From: Catajapyx aquilonaris
Lineage: Eukaryota
Length of the DNA stretch: 59,723 nucleotides
Direction of reading: 5' to 3'
Assembly: GCA_000934665.2 (NCBI GenBank)
Contig: KZ538601.1
Location: 1 to 59,723, forward strand
This document shows, piece by piece, positions 1-13,959 of the stretch. The position numbers and the translations under genes are program-made. Position 1 is the first letter of the stretch. Every line of letters begins with the position of its first letter. The notes beneath the pieces were generated by a model that was not told the origin of the DNA, did not search any database, and worked only from the letters and a program-made list of their open reading frames with translations.

Positions 1-94
1 GCGTTTCCGGACACGGTTTCCTATGTCAAAAATGTTTGTCTTGGTCCCCTCTATTACCCCTGGAAGTTTGTAAAGTTAGGTCGTAAACACCCTG
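1..94. mobile_element. Right half of a Tc1/mariner-type MITE, truncated by the window start
   Basis: Ends in ...AAACACCCTG|TA. Closely resembles the right arm of the complete element at 51749-51983 (shared GCGTTTCCGGACACG and TTGTCTTGGTCCCCTCTATTACCCCT..AAGTTTGTAAAG). Confidence 0.75.
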
Positions 95-616
95 TATGAA
101 AGCAAACCAATTCAATGCTTCTCCTGTGCCGTTAAATAACGTAGGGTTTACAAAACTGGTCGGTTTTCACAGAAATGTGCATGGAAAACACCTCAGAGGC
201 CGTATACACACGTCATGATTATTACTTATAGAGCCTTACAGATCCTTAATGAAATATGTGCAGTATAAACTGACTGCACAGTGATAATACATTCTTAATG
301 CTCCGCTGTTTAGAAATATAACCTAATATTTTGTCAGTGTTAAAGATCTACCATTACAGGTCTACCACTGCAACAATGGAATTACAAACATTATTCCGGC
401 AGAAATAATGAACCAAAGAGACATGACAGGATATGTATCTCGCAGTTAGCCTGTTTAAAGCAGTAATGCGTAAGCACTGATTACTGAAAGGTCATGCAGT
501 ACTGAGAAGACATCAAAGTGCTGAGTATGTTATACTGATGTTATCTTCTCTCAAATTCAGCAAAATTTCATTTGCAACAGTTGCATGCAAATGTCGTCAT
601 TTCCCACGCATTCATT

Positions 617-3507
617 ATGGTGGCTATACCAAGAATCAGGTTCTCTCGAATATTTCTGTTATGTTTGTTCTGCACCGCACTATACATATTTCTCCTGCTG
701 CTGTTTACAAAGGAAGATAGTGCTTTTGCAGATAAGCAACAGTCGCAAGGTGAGTTATCAAATTAATCCAGCAAAATTAGAATGCATTTATTTTACCGAT
801 ATATTTTTGAAAATTATGTACAACTGCCATCCAAACTCTAGATGACACCACTGAAGTTTACGGATTCCTGATCCACACGCCGACTTGCCAGATACCAGAC
901 ATCAACCCGTGGGATCCATCCGTGGTGCAGTACATATCAGAGCCTGAGCCAGTCCAATGCCAAAACATACCTCCCCTTCTCTACACCCAAGGCAATCGGC
1001 TGAAAGTCAACAAGTCAGCCTTTGGATTCTACAACATCGATTCTGGGGAGAATCTGTCTTGCTCGTACAGGGAGGTGGTTCGAGTGGGCGAAGATCCGGA
1101 AGCCTACGGGTACAAAGCGGACGAGCATTACAGGTGAGTGCTTCACAGGACAAAAGAGTGGCGAATCAATTACTGTGTGCGTCGCATAAGGGGTTTAAAA
1201 TTAGATCGTCGGGCCAGGAGAGTAGTGCTTTGATGATACAGTGAAAGGAAGAAAGCTGAAAGGCAGAAATGATTACTGGCATTTTGCGTATAGGTTACAG
1301 TGACACAAGAGAGAAATTGAGGGGTTTCAAAAAAATCGAGTTATAAATAGCAAAATGTTCATCTAGAGTTAGATAAGTTGCCTTGATGTCATGTTGACTC
1401 ATCGCAGTAATTTCACAAGCTTATTATACGAGTTCACAAATGCCATATTTGAGTAAACAGAAAACTAGCAGAGAGAAAATGTCAAATATTAAATTCCAAA
1501 TAACTGCATTAAATGGACTGCAGGTTGTGAGGGGGAATGCTGCCTTCGGAGGCATATCCGTCAAGTTATAGTGTGGCAGCTGTAAAAAAAAAAAAACATT
1601 CAAATATAGCTGACGCAAATGATTCTTTTAAGGCTTGATATTGAATGCTTAATAAATCAGAAGCTCGCAATGATTTAAGCCGCACGTTTTTGTCACATGT
1701 AAATTGCATTGGTATGATCCAGATATTTTAATTAAATTTTACAGAATCTAAGTAAGCGCGCAATTTTCACAGTTAATAATTGCATGTAATGAGTCTAATG
1801 ACCTGTCATGAATTATTGCAAAGAATGTAACTTAGTATATATTAGCCCTGGTTTTTTAGTGTTGTGGAAATGACAGCACACAAGGCTGGGAAAGTGCATA
1901 GTTATTGTTCCCTGTAATGCCCCTGTCGTGTAGCCTATTTATTACAATAAAATCTGACCTTCTATTATAGAACTGAAGAAGATGTGACGTTTACAAGCGA
2001 GGCAGACATAGAATTTGAGTTTATTATTGCGACGTGCAAGCACAACAAGCGCATCAAATACCGCAACGCCTACGGATTCTTCCCCGAGAAATCCAATACA
2101 TTAGAAAAGAAAAACACGATTGAAAAGATTATCGCTCAAAGAAACCTTAACCATAGGCCACTGAGCGTCCTCCTCATGACACTAGATTCCGTTTCACGCG
2201 TTAACCTCATTCGATCGATGGGAAAGACAGCCGAGTTTCTAGACCTGAAGGATGCCATACCGATGTACGGATACGTCAAAGTAGGAGACAATACTTTCCC
2301 TAATGCGATGCCCGGTGTGTTGGGTCGTCATCCGGAAAACCTGACCTGCTGGAAATACAAGAGGCAAAAGCTGGATGATTGTCCCTTTATATGGAAGAAT
2401 TTCAGCGACAAAGGTTACATCACCACCTACGCTGAGGATTCTCCGTCGATTTCCACTTTCAACTTTCTGAAGACGGGCTTTGTGGAGCAGCCGGTCGACT
2501 ATTACCACAGGACACTGATGCTGACAGTAATGAACGAACTTCCCAGGAGGAAAATTAAAGATATGCAGTGCCATGGCGACCTGCTCGAATCTGAACATGT
2601 CATTAATTACGCGACCGACTTTTTGCTGAGCAAAAAAGATAGGCCCTACTTTGCCTTCTACTGGACCAACTACCTCACGCATAACAACCTCAACCGAGCC
2701 TTTTTAGCGGACGAACCTTATTTCAATTTTTTTCAAACTCTCTTTAAAGATCCGAGTACATTAAATCATACGGCAGTGTTTTTCTACAGCGATCACGGTA
2801 TTCGCACAGGACGAATTCGCAAAACATACATAGGCTGGCTGGAAGAGAGGATGCCATTTATGTACATCTGGTTTCCGGAATGGTTTCGCCTCAAGTACAG
2901 CTCAGCAATATCAAATTTGCGAGTAAACTCCAGGAGACTGACATCCCCATTCGACTTGCACAAGACACTGCTTGACATCGCTGACAACCGCTATCAATAC
3001 CCATACACAGACAAGCGCCCAGACGCAATTGACGACAACTTCATCGGACGCAGCTGGTTTGACACCGTGCCATCTGAACGAACCTGCGCCGAAGCTGGTA
3101 TTGAACCGAACTGGTGCACATGCCAAGCATCTCTAGAAGTTGACCCGACATCTATCAAAGTGGAGCGAGCTGTCAATATTACCATGCGCGACCTTAATGA
3201 CCTCCTAATCGGCGTGAGAGACGTATGTGCGGAACTCAAGTTGGACGCGATTCAGTCAGCAAGGGTGTCTACGCCTCAGATGACCTCGATGTCATTAGCC
3301 AGGGGTCGTGCCCTGGAGGATTACGTGGTGGTTTTTCAGACCATGCCTGGAGGTGCACAGTTTGAATCCACTGTCAGATTTTCTACGGAAACTGGTTCAT
3401 TCGATTTATTGGGATCTATTAGTAGGCTAAATTTGTATGCAGGGCAGAGCGAATGTGTTGATGATCCTATTCTCAGGAAATATTGCTACTGTGTCACTTC
3501 CATGTAA
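617..3507 (+). CDS. DUF229-family alkaline-phosphatase-like type II membrane protein, paralogue 1 (~653 aa)
   Basis: join(617..749,842..1133,1971..3507), with GT/AG introns of phase 1 and 2. Exon 1 encodes a signal anchor (IFLLCLFCTALYIFLLLLF). Motifs: TPTCQIP, LDSVSR, KVGDNTFPN, CPFIWK, YAED, THN, SDHG, LEERMP, LTSPFD, C-terminal YCYC. Confidence 0.9.
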
Positions 3508-4439
3508 GTTATTATGTATTTATGAAGTAAAAAAGTTGTGACGAAGAGCTGAAATGAATACAATATTTTCAATTTCCCCGCTTATCTTAGGCCTACAGAA
3601 ATGGCATAGTCACTCTGCAGATTGTATTTTTACCCACTTCTGTGCAACATTTTTATATAAATCCCTAATCATTTGTAGGTCTTACGTAAATCCCACTATA
3701 AGCAGATGTTGGTTTATAATGCGTATCAGCAACACACGCGCGCTTCTTGCGGTCAATGATATTGCGGATGTCGTCAATTTTAAAAATACTGTATCAATAA
3801 TTGCACTTTCATGCCAACATTTCATGGGTCACGAAAATTAATTTTGCTTCAAGCTGACTTATAAGATTGACATTTTATGGAACCTGCATAACTGTAAGTT
3901 ATTAGAATTTTTAAAAATAGCGCCCTCCCATAACTGCACGAACATAGTGTTCATGAATTCTAATTTGCTCTGCTTTATTGGTCTCTTCCTAATAGGCCTA
4001 TATAGGCTACTTGTGGAGGCATTTACACAGCATGGTCAGCAATAAAAGGGAAGCGTTTTCTGCATTTCTGTTAACATGAACTGACACCTGAATGTAGGCT
4101 ACTGTATAACATCAACGGGTGAATGGCAGCAGCTCACACAGCCCATATGTAATAATCCATCCGCCAAAATATTGAAAGTCGATGCAACACTTGCTCAACT
4201 CAATTCATGGTTACAAAAAACCTGAGTTTCCACCACTTGCACTGTGAGATCGCTGGATAAAAACACCGATGTGCTTGGAACTAATTCATCATGGAGATAG
4301 AAAGTGGGACCATCCGTGTTAAATTAGATTTGGTAGGGTCTCTCTCTCTGTACCACGGGTGTTGCTCGCCTAAGTGTTTTCCATCAAAGTGAGGTAAAGA
4401 GCAACTGCGACCAAACTGTTGAACACTTCCTCGCACAGC

Positions 4440-7400
4440 ATGAGTCGAAAGATCTGCACGAAGAAAACTGCCTTTGCAAGCATATGTGTCGCTGCTTTTG
4501 TCGTCTGCTACCTTTATCAAACGGAACCTGCTATTTCGCCCGTTTCAGGTGAGTTAATTAATTTTTTGTGAGTATAGAAGAAATCACGTCCAAGCTCATA
4601 TCTATATTCAAAACTTCTTTATCATAAGTATGATTACATAGTATATGAAATCAGTTCTTTAAATACCTATTCACATTGCGAAAAGATGTTTCCTCGATTA
4701 GCATACTCGCAACACGCATGACTAATAGGGAAAAGTAACGTGATTTTATAAATATTATTAACGTGCACTGCAATATATTAATTGGTGATGATTATCATAC
4801 GACATGATTCTAGGATGTCCTCTTTTTCAGACTTTTCAAATCGGCTAGGATATGCCATCGACACTCCTGGTTGTCGAATTCCGGAGATCAATCCGTTTAG
4901 TAAAGAGTCATCAAGAATACTCAAACCGGAGAACATCACATGCACTACTGCGCCTAACTTAGTAACAATGAAAGGATCTATTCTGCAAATCAACAGAGAG
5001 GTACTTCATCCTGCGCACACTGGTCGTGTACTCTCCTGCTGCCAGGAGAAAATTGTTCGAGTCACTCAAGACCCAACTTCATATGACAAAGAAGCAGACA
5101 GTGAATATAGGTAAACGTATCTTTCAGCATAGAAAATATCTGTATTCTGCATGATAGTGTAGTAAACATGAGTGGTTACATCGATTCCGTTTGCTTTACT
5201 ACTCATTGTCAGACAATGATACAACAAGACAAAATTATACCTATTATTGCATGACTTAATAACGTTTCTGCTTTCTCTTAGGACAGAAGGCGGCTGTATT
5301 GAATTTACATCAGGAGCTAGAGTCGCAGGCGATTATGTGCGAATCAGGTGCAACATAAACGGCACAAAAGTATACACAAACTTATTTGCTTATCCTCAAG
5401 TGTCAAATAAGGTTTCCCTGAAGATGATGAACGGCTTGAAAAGGGTTCAGAGACCCTTCAGCGTCCTTGTGATTGGCTTGGATTCTGTGTCAAGAGCAGG
5501 TGCGAGGAGAATACTACCACAGGCTCTCGACTACCTTAATGGAAAAGGGGCTATCGAGTTCAAAGGATACACCAAAGTTGGAGAAAATACGCTGCCAAAC
5601 TTCTCCCCACTACTTACTGGTAAGCAAGGATAAGAATTTTGCAAATTCCTCCATAACTCCGCCAGAAAAATGGGCAAGAATGGTGATCCCTTGATCTATT
5701 CCAAAACGTTCTGCTTTCGTTATTACATTATTTAAATTATTTACACAATTTTACACTATAGTCTGTACAGTAGAGTGTCTCTGATTTCACAGCAGTACTG
5801 TACTTACCACGCGTAAAGGGTAGTGGGGGCGATAATACGAATCCGAAGCACATTCAAAATGTGAACAAAGTCCTTAGCGGCACATAAAGCAACGTACATT
5901 TGAAGTATTGCGCGTAAGTTGTAGAGCTATTGGTATATATTATTATACAATTATAATATAAAAAGTATAATGTGACTGTGCATGGGTATATCATTTTATG
6001 AGTTGTATTCCACTTCCGCTTATTTTTATCGCAATAATTAATTAATATATTATTGAGTACCTAGTAAGTTATAAGAGAAAAAGCGATATACGTCTACTGT
6101 ATAGTATGAGAGTATATTTTTGTCATTTTCCAATAAGCTTTCGCATATAACACACACACAAAAATGTCCCTATTTTTGCCCGCTTTTCCTTGTTGGTCTT
6201 CTCCTGAGCAGTTTTACCGTAAGGAATATTTGAAGCTGTGCCTCGGCTCTTTTGTGCATAGACTGCCTGTGATTCTAAGGGCTTTCATTGCCTGTTCAAA
6301 ATGAAAATATGCGCCAAGTCGCAATATCTACATATTGAGATGAGAGTGCTTGATTTACAAATTAGGTAAACATCGGGTATATTGTGTTTGCGAGGGTTCC
6401 CTAGTGTCATTGTCGAAAATATATTGGAGCTCTATCAACGTTTTCTTTGCATATGAAACATGCTATGAATAAATCGCAAGATTTCCCCAGAGTATTCAAT
6501 TCATTAATGAGTCACGTTGCTTCTAGGTTTCTCCCTCGATCAATTAAAGGAGGTGTGTTGGCCAAAACAGTTTGCAAGATTTGATAACTGCCCTTTCGTT
6601 TGGAAAGAGTTCAGCAACCGAGACTTCATCACGGCTTATGGCGAAGATGAAACTCAAATCGGAACGTTTAATTACCAAAAGACGGGCTTCGTCGAACAAC
6701 CGACCGACTTCTACTTGCGGCCACTCATGAAAGCGGCAGAAAAAGAACTCAATATTGAATATGCTCATTCCTTAATTGCATGCCTGGGAGAACGATTTAC
6801 AGTCAACATAATCAATCAGTACACCCTGGATTTCGCGAGTGAATTTCGCGAGAATCCATATTTCGCATTTTTCTGGACAAATTCGCTCACACACAACGAC
6901 GCAAACACTGCATTTGCTGCAGGTGAACCGTATTACAAATTGTTAAGAGAATTGTTCGAAGGAGAAGGAATGTCCGGAGCCATGGATAACACCATTCTGA
7001 TCTTCTTTAGTGACCACGGAATTCGGTTTGGTAAAATTAGGCAAACTAAGAGCGGCCTGATGGAGGAGAGCTTGCCCATGCTGTTCTGGTGGTTTCCTCC
7101 TCGATTCCACCAGCAACACCCACAGGCTGTGGAAAGTATGCACCAAAACGCAGAGAAACTAACAAGTCCCTTCGACATGTACCCGACTCTCAGGGCCATC
7201 CTCAACCAAGAATTCAGCATAAGTGACGGACCCAAAATTGCAGCTAACAAGACCCATTATCCTGCTGGAATTCCTGAGAGGCCCAAGCATGGTCGCAGTT
7301 TGTTCCAGTCGATTCCGCCAAACCGCACGTGTGAAGAGGCAGGAATACCTGAAGAGTGGTGCATGTGTCGTGATTTTGTCAAGACGGACCCTTCCAGAGA

Positions 7401-7725
7401 AGAGGTGCTAAAAGTGGCCAATTTCACTCTCAGGCATATTAACAGTCTTTTTGCCAAAGAAAAGCAATGCGTCACCTTGCAATTGATCAGAGTTGTTGCT
7501 GCTGACGTGTACGGACCGGTTGTGTTCAACGGTGTGAAAAACACGTGGTTGTACCGTGTTACTTTCCAGGTGTCACCAAGCGACGCTCTTTTTCAATCCG
7601 AATGCGCTTACACACCAAAGAAGCTCAAGCTCATTGGCGATGTTTCACGGACTAATGCTTATCATAACCAGAGTGAATGTGTTACGGACATGGGACTAAA
7701 AATGTACTGCTTTTGTCGTTCATAA
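4440..7725 (+). CDS. DUF229-family protein, paralogue 2 (~641 aa)
   Basis: join(4440..4548,4831..5110,5282..5619,6527..7725), phase-consistent GT/AG. N-terminal anchor AFASICVAAFVVCYLY; motifs LDSVSR, KVGENTLPN, THN, SDHG, YCFC. Confidence 0.88.
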
Positions 7726-7945
7726 TTCTGTTGGCCTTATAGGCGTCAATAAAGCAGCAAACACCATGAACTTCTTGTCGATCAGGTGGTGGTTTTAAAA
7801 AAACAAGGTTGGTATATTTTCGTCCTACTGCTAAGTCTCTGATAGGACCCTGTTTCTGCTATAGTGAGAATTTTCCCATAGGCTTTTTAATGGGTTATAA
7901 CGTTATTCGAGTACTGTGGTTACTTGTTGTTGGCAATGGTACTGC

Positions 7946-8008
7946 CAAAGAGTTCTGTTATAATATATACAGTATAAGTTATACTGTATATTAAAGCAGA
8001 ACTCTTTG
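7946..8008. mobile_element. 63-bp palindromic micro-MITE with 8-bp TSD (P/hAT-type)
   Basis: TIR CAAAGAGTTCTG...CAGAACTCTTTG and a palindromic core TATACAGTATAA-G-TTATACTGTATA. Flanked by perfect direct repeat GGTACTGC at 7938-7945 and 8009-8016. Confidence 0.8.
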
Positions 8009-9577
8009 GGTACTGCTAACCCCAAACATAAACAACGTGCGGATGGTCGAACAATCTACTGTACAAAAGTAACGGTGTCATAACATTGCCAAATTATTGT
8101 TTGAATAACATACGATCGTTAACTTGTTATCTCGAGTCCGTGGCCACCACGTCCAAGGAGATATCAGCTATCAGTAGTAATCCAGCAGTGAACAGTCGAA
8201 GTCAGTGATCGACGACGCGGATCTTTTTAACCACAATGCACAAAACATCCCAGCAGGTATGAAAACCCTTAATTCGCTCCGATCTGCTTATTTAATAATT
8301 TAAAATGTGTTATTCACATAAGTCATGTGACATGCGCCTAGATATGCAATATTATGCAAAGTGAAATTCTATACTATTTTACATTTCATCACAGATACGG
8401 TATATGCATATAAAGAGGAAGCTTCACAGTTATAATCTGAATTTTGTTGATTAATCTTCACTGTCCTTTTAAAAACAATTCAAACATTTGTTAAATGTTC
8501 ACTGACGGCTTGTATCAAGTCAGCTTAAATTTGCAGCCTTGCAGATTACAACAAAACTTGCGACCGTCTTGTTCTTCTATCCATATCCCAAAAGGAACAA
8601 AATACTGCACATGTAATCAGCAGCCTGGAAATAGATTCACATGTTATCAATGAATCTCGACTAATCGTGCCTGATGCAGTTTGCAACAGCTATAGCTACA
8701 ATACAGTATATTTAAAAGTGAGGGGTACATTCGCTGTACCGCTTAGTTGGGGAGCCTATGTCCTTCAAACCGCAACATTGTCCTGCACGACAGATTTCAC
8801 GTCACTCTATCAGCGTTACGTTGTAGCCTATATATCTCTTGATATGTGCAGTCAACTACAATTTTATTTTATTTCCGTCATTCAGCATCGCGTTGTTGGT
8901 TGTGCTCTATTTTACCATCATTGCGACAAGGTTAGTCAGAACTGCAGGTTATCCAACAGCCAGTGATCGACTCAATGTCTAAACCACGTAGAGTGAGAAA
9001 TGTTGAAACTCCAACAGGTAATGACGTAGACAATGAGTTACATAACTGATACCTGTGTTATGCTCGTACAAGCACTCTTTTCAGGATAAGATGCCATGCA
9101 GATGCCCGAGGGGGCACCCAACGGTTCACCATCTTCTGGTCGGATTCTCGGCTTTTCTCACTGCAAAAGACATAATACAGTTTAGACTGGTTGGCGGCCA
9201 ATCTAGCCATGTCTGGCGGATGGACATATCTGCAGTTCCGACTCATACGTACTGTACATAAGACCGAAATAAGACTAATGCACCAGGTTGCATTCCGACG
9301 TCATAATTTTTGTAAAACTAGACGGGGAGGCTAAAATGTTGTCTTTCTTTCACAGCACATGGCCCCCAATCACTCATTCTGCAGGCGAAACTTTTGTTCT
9401 TCATACGTCCAACAAAATCCTCATCTCGAGAAAAATTATACTATGGACATGGAACTATAGGTCTTACGGGCGAAAATCCAGGTTCCTGCATGGTGAGCCG
9501 TTTTCTGATCACCTTCAACAAATTAATAAACCAGGAATTTTTTAAAAACACTATTGGTGTATTTTTAATTAACCAAT

Positions 9578-12573
9578 ATGCTGAATGTGAAGCTTATAAG
9601 CAAGAGGACAATCCTTGCATGTCTCTGTGCAGGAATCATCGCTTCTTATTACCTTTATGATGCCTACCAATTAATCCCACATGTTCCAGGTGAATTCAAA
9701 TATTCTTACCCAACTGAGAGAAAATGAATTAACGTCACCAGTTATTAATTACAGGGCCGAAGTTTAATAATGCCGTTACTTCCGAATTTGATGTACACAC
9801 GCATGGTTGCCAAATATCTAAGATCGACCCTTTTAACGAGGAAGTACTTGCAGCAGTATCACCTGAAAGCGTTAATTGTACGACGGGTAGCAAAGTCAGC
9901 CTGCCTCACTTGGTTACTGTGCAAAGAGATGTCCTTCAGATCAACCCCAAAATTCTCAGCCATAATTATGAAGAGGTGAAGTGTTGTTATGAGCAAATTG
10001 TAAGAGTACAACAGGACGCAACTTCATACGATAAGAGTGCCGACAATCAGTACAGGTGAGTCTCTCGCATTGCGTAAGGTAAGATGCGGTATTACTTTAG
10101 CTGATTGTCTAAACATATGATTAGGATATTTCGTGTCTGTCATAATTATTGCAATGACTGTCTCCTGGGGTGTCAAATAAAATGATGTTATGCGAGGTTG
10201 CCCAGGGAACATGTGCCCGCCAATAACAGTCCTCCGTAAGAAAGGTTTAGTAGTGGATGCTATTTTTATTCATATACAACGCTGTAATTGACATTATTGG
10301 TAAACTATGTGGAGGTTCGGTTACAGTCTTGCATTAGAAAATAGCTGAACCTATGTAAGTTTGTACCCAGGCTGTACTCGGGCCATGGGGTGTAGTTTAT
10401 GATGGAAGATGAGTATGGATTTAAGTCACAAAGTTAATATTAATAAACCACAAATTTCTGCACATTTTGTGTAAGTAATAAAAGTCAATTGACTTAATAT
10501 CCCCATATACTTAAGTCAGTTGTTCCTATACATTATACTTTTCACGATAAGGAAGAAGTAGGTCACATAAAAGCTTTTATTTTGTTAACCATTGCTTTCA
10601 GTTTCAGGCATTAAACATTGAAAGTTTATCTTTCAAAAAGTGGAACGGACATGCTCCACAGCATCTCATTCGCAACCAATACACAGTATCCTGTTAACAG
10701 GCTTTTTCATTCGGATGAACATACTTTGCCAATAATACAGTATATTTTTACAGCGAGTAATATGGATTCACTATGATCCTGTAATTTAGTGATGCCATTA
10801 CTTTCACAGGACAGAAGGAAACTGCATCGAGTTCACCACAGGAGACAAAATACCACACAGTTTCATAAGAGTAAGATGTCATTCAGAAGGATTAGAAATA
10901 TACAAGAATTTTTTTGCATATCCATACGCAACGGAAAAGGTAGCTAAGAAGATGCTGGCCAACACGGACAAGGAAAAGGGTATCACGCCATTCAGTGTCC
11001 TGATGATTGGAGCGGACTCGGTGTCAAGGGCGAGTACCAGAAGAATCATGCCAGAATGCGTGGAATACCTTCAGGAGAAAGGGGCCATTGAGTTCAAGGG
11101 GTACACCAAAGTTGGGGAAAATACACTGCCTAACTTTTCCGCTCTCTTCATGGGTAGGTATGGCGTGGCTTCCAACAATTTCTTTCAATATGCAGGAACA
11201 ATCAATACAACTGCAGACCTAGGGTCTATCATAATAATGACTCTCAGGCCCCATCTGAGAAACCTTCAGCGTACAATAACTTATTATTTTGCATTATTAT
11301 TTTCCGTAAACGTCATTTGCTTAATATTGTGAGAATAACCTCAATAATAATGTACCATTGTATGTCGTCATTGCCAGGTTATTTCGATGATCAACTGCCA
11401 GAGGTGTGTTGGCCAGAACAATATTCCAAATTTGACGACTGCCCTTTCATCTGGAAAGAGTACAGTGACAGAGGATTCGTCACGGCTTACGCAGAAGACG
11501 AGACATCAATCGGAACATTCAATTACCATAAGACAGGCTTCGTTGAACAACCAACTGATTTTTACTCGAGGACAATGTTGAAGGCAGCAGAAGAGGAATT
11601 GCAGCTCGAAACCATTCACAGCTTGTACGTGTGCCTGGGAGAGAGACTAGGAGCAGACATCGTCAATCGGTACGCACTGGATTTCGTGCGTGACTTTCGT
11701 GATCACCCGTACTTCACCTTGTTCTGGACAAACTCAATTACTCACAACAATGCCAACACGGCCTATGCCGCCCGTGCTCCTTACTACCGATTTTTAAGGG
11801 AACTGTTCGAAGGCGAAGGGATGTCCGATGCCCTGGACAACACCATCGTGATCTTCTTCAGCGACCACGGCATGCGGTTTGGAAAAGTGCGTGAAACTAC
11901 AAACGGTTGGATGGAAGAGAGCTTGCCCATGCTGTTCTGGTGGTTTCCTCCTCGGTTCCATCAGCAACACCCACAGGCTGTGGAAAATATGCGACAAAAC
12001 GCAGAGAGACTAACCAGTCCCTTTGACGTGTACACGACTCTCAGGGCCATCATGAATCAAGAATTCGGCATGTCTTCCTCCAGTGCACCCGAAACAAGCT
12101 CCGAAGACCATACAAGCACAACCGTCCCAAAGAGGCCAGGCCACGGCCGCAATTTATTCAGACCCATTTCGCCAAATCGCACCTGCGAACAGGCAGGAAT
12201 TCCCGAAACATGGTGCATGTGTCACAATTTCGTCAAGATAGATCCTTTCCAGAGACAAGTGCAACTAGCTGCCAGAGTGATTCTGAAGCGCATCAACTAC
12301 CTCTTGTCACAGGAGGTAAAATGCGTCACTCTTTACATGAACAGCATCCGTTCTGCTTATATCTACGATGGGAAGAAAGACATCCTTCTGTATAGTGTGA
12401 CAATTGATGTGTCGCCAAGCGGTGCTATTTTCCAGTCGCAATGCGCTTATGAGAGCGACAAATGGGAAATGAACGTTGTCGGTGAAATATCTCGGATAAA
12501 TGAATATGGAAACCAAAGTTGGTGCGTCACCAACACGAAGTTAAAACTGTACTGTTTTTGTAATGTTCAATAA
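9578..12573 (+). CDS. DUF229-family protein, paralogue 3 (~650 aa)
   Basis: join(9578..9689,9755..10055,10810..11153,11378..12573). Anchor ILACLCAGIIASYYLY; motifs ADSVSR, KVGENTLPN, THN, SDHG, YCFC. Confidence 0.88.
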
Positions 12574-12729
12574 TGTTATTATTTTCACAAGTAAAAACAT
12601 TGTTAGTCATATTATTACTGCAAATCGTTTCTGTTTTTCTCAGGAGTGTGATTGACTTACCTTCACCAAAAAAAACGCGTTTTATTTATGAATGCCTGAG
12701 TGATGCTCTTCTTCCGTAAGTACCCTTCG

Positions 12730-12967
12730 GTTGAATTTATACCAGAAAAGAGGATCAATCAATGTTACGTAACCGTTAGATGCCATATCAATGGAAGAAA
12801 ATACATGATACAAACGGATTTGAATATCTTCAAGCATCGGAAACCCTTTCTTCAAAAGATTTGCATCTAAAAGGATAGCAGACGCTTCAGCTTGTGGGGA
12901 AGAAATTTGTACGGATACTTCAAGAGCAGATGCCAGGAGAATAATTCCACAAGGTCTCGATTACTTT
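12730..12967 (+). pseudogene. Decayed fragment of a DUF229 exon 3 (paralogue-2-like)
   Basis: Translates with frameshifts to VEFIPEKRINQCYVTVRCHINGRK... and SRADARRIIPQGLDYF, against paralogue 2 IEFTSGARVAGDYVRIRCNINGTK... and SRAGARRILPQALDYL. No flanking exons found. Confidence 0.7.
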
Positions 12968-13250
12968 GCCACGGCTTCACACAGTGCCGTGTTTTATGGG
13001 GGGGTTGGGGGGTGAAGACCCCCACCACGTTTCGCCAATTAGGGGGCGCAATCAGCAAAGGGGGGCGAAAAAAGCAGTGTCAATGAGGACCGCGACCAGG
13101 GCGTATATTTCAAAATGGACATGAGCACCAAGTAGGGGGGAAATGGATGAGCGCCTGACAAGTCATCAAAGCTGCTAGATCCGGATCCAAAAGTCTCATT
13201 GACAAGAGTCTCATTGAAAATCTCATTGACATAATGTCATCCCAGTCAAT

Positions 13251-13659
13251 GCCATGACGATGGCAGGGTCGCAGGGGCAGACTTTTCAGCACGTGACCAT
13301 TTCCCTGGATGAACCTGTCTTCTCACATGGCCAGCTGTTTGTGGCACTGTCCCGGTCTCGCAACCCAAGTCAGGTCAAAGTGTTCACTACTCCTAACTGC
13401 TCAACACGGAACATTGCTCGCCAACAACAGAGTGTTTACACACAATGTTGTATATCGCGAGGTTTTCTCATGTCCGATTCAGGAAGTGTACAGTATGTCC
13501 ATTGATTCAATGCCACTAAATATTTCAACCCCGTCTTACGACTAGCTATACGCTATTTATTCTTAGTTGTCACTCCACGAGCTCTCTCATTCCATTTTTT
13601 TCATTCCCATTGTCTTCATCATTGCAGATTTTGCCAAATTTTGGCTACGGGTCCGCTAG
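13251..13659 (+). mobile_element. Helitron 3' remnant (PIF1-like helicase C-terminus plus terminal hairpin and CTAG)
   Basis: [30 protein letters not shown] corresponds to PIF1 helicase motifs V-VI. A frameshifted [10 protein letters not shown] tail follows, then hairpin GCCAAATTTTGGC and GGGTCCGCTAG|T at 13656-13660. Confidence 0.85.
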
Positions 13660-13724
13660 TTGAGTCAGAAATTGCTAAGAGCTTCTCATTGAAGTAATTG
13701 AACAATTTTCTAGTATCAAAGCCA

Positions 13725-13959
13725 ACCGAAGCAGGTTGGCATAGTGGATAAGGCGTCCGACTGCTAATCGGGAGGTCCTGGGTTCGAATCCCGGGGCCGG
13801 CAACCTTGACCGTGGTTTTCTGTGGTTTTCCACGGTCTTTCTAGGATAATTCCGGGGTCGCTTCCGTATAATAGGCCACAGCCGCTTCCTTCCTTCTCTA
13901 TCCTTGGAGGTTGAATGGCAAATGATGGGCCAACCTCCTTAAATATCAATTATAAAGTA
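13725..13959 (+). mobile_element. tRNA-derived SINE with 14-bp TSD
   Basis: A box TGGCATAGTGG, B box GGTTCGAATCC, central GGTTTTCTGTGGTTTTCC...GGCCACAGCCGCTTCCTTCC body and an AT-rich tail. TSD TAGTATCAAAGCCA at 13711-13724 and 13960-13973. Confidence 0.9.

Noticed and set aside
13730..13802. tRNA-Ser(GCT) gene
   Set aside because: No paired acceptor stem or long variable arm; continues into a SINE body and is bounded by a 14-bp TSD.
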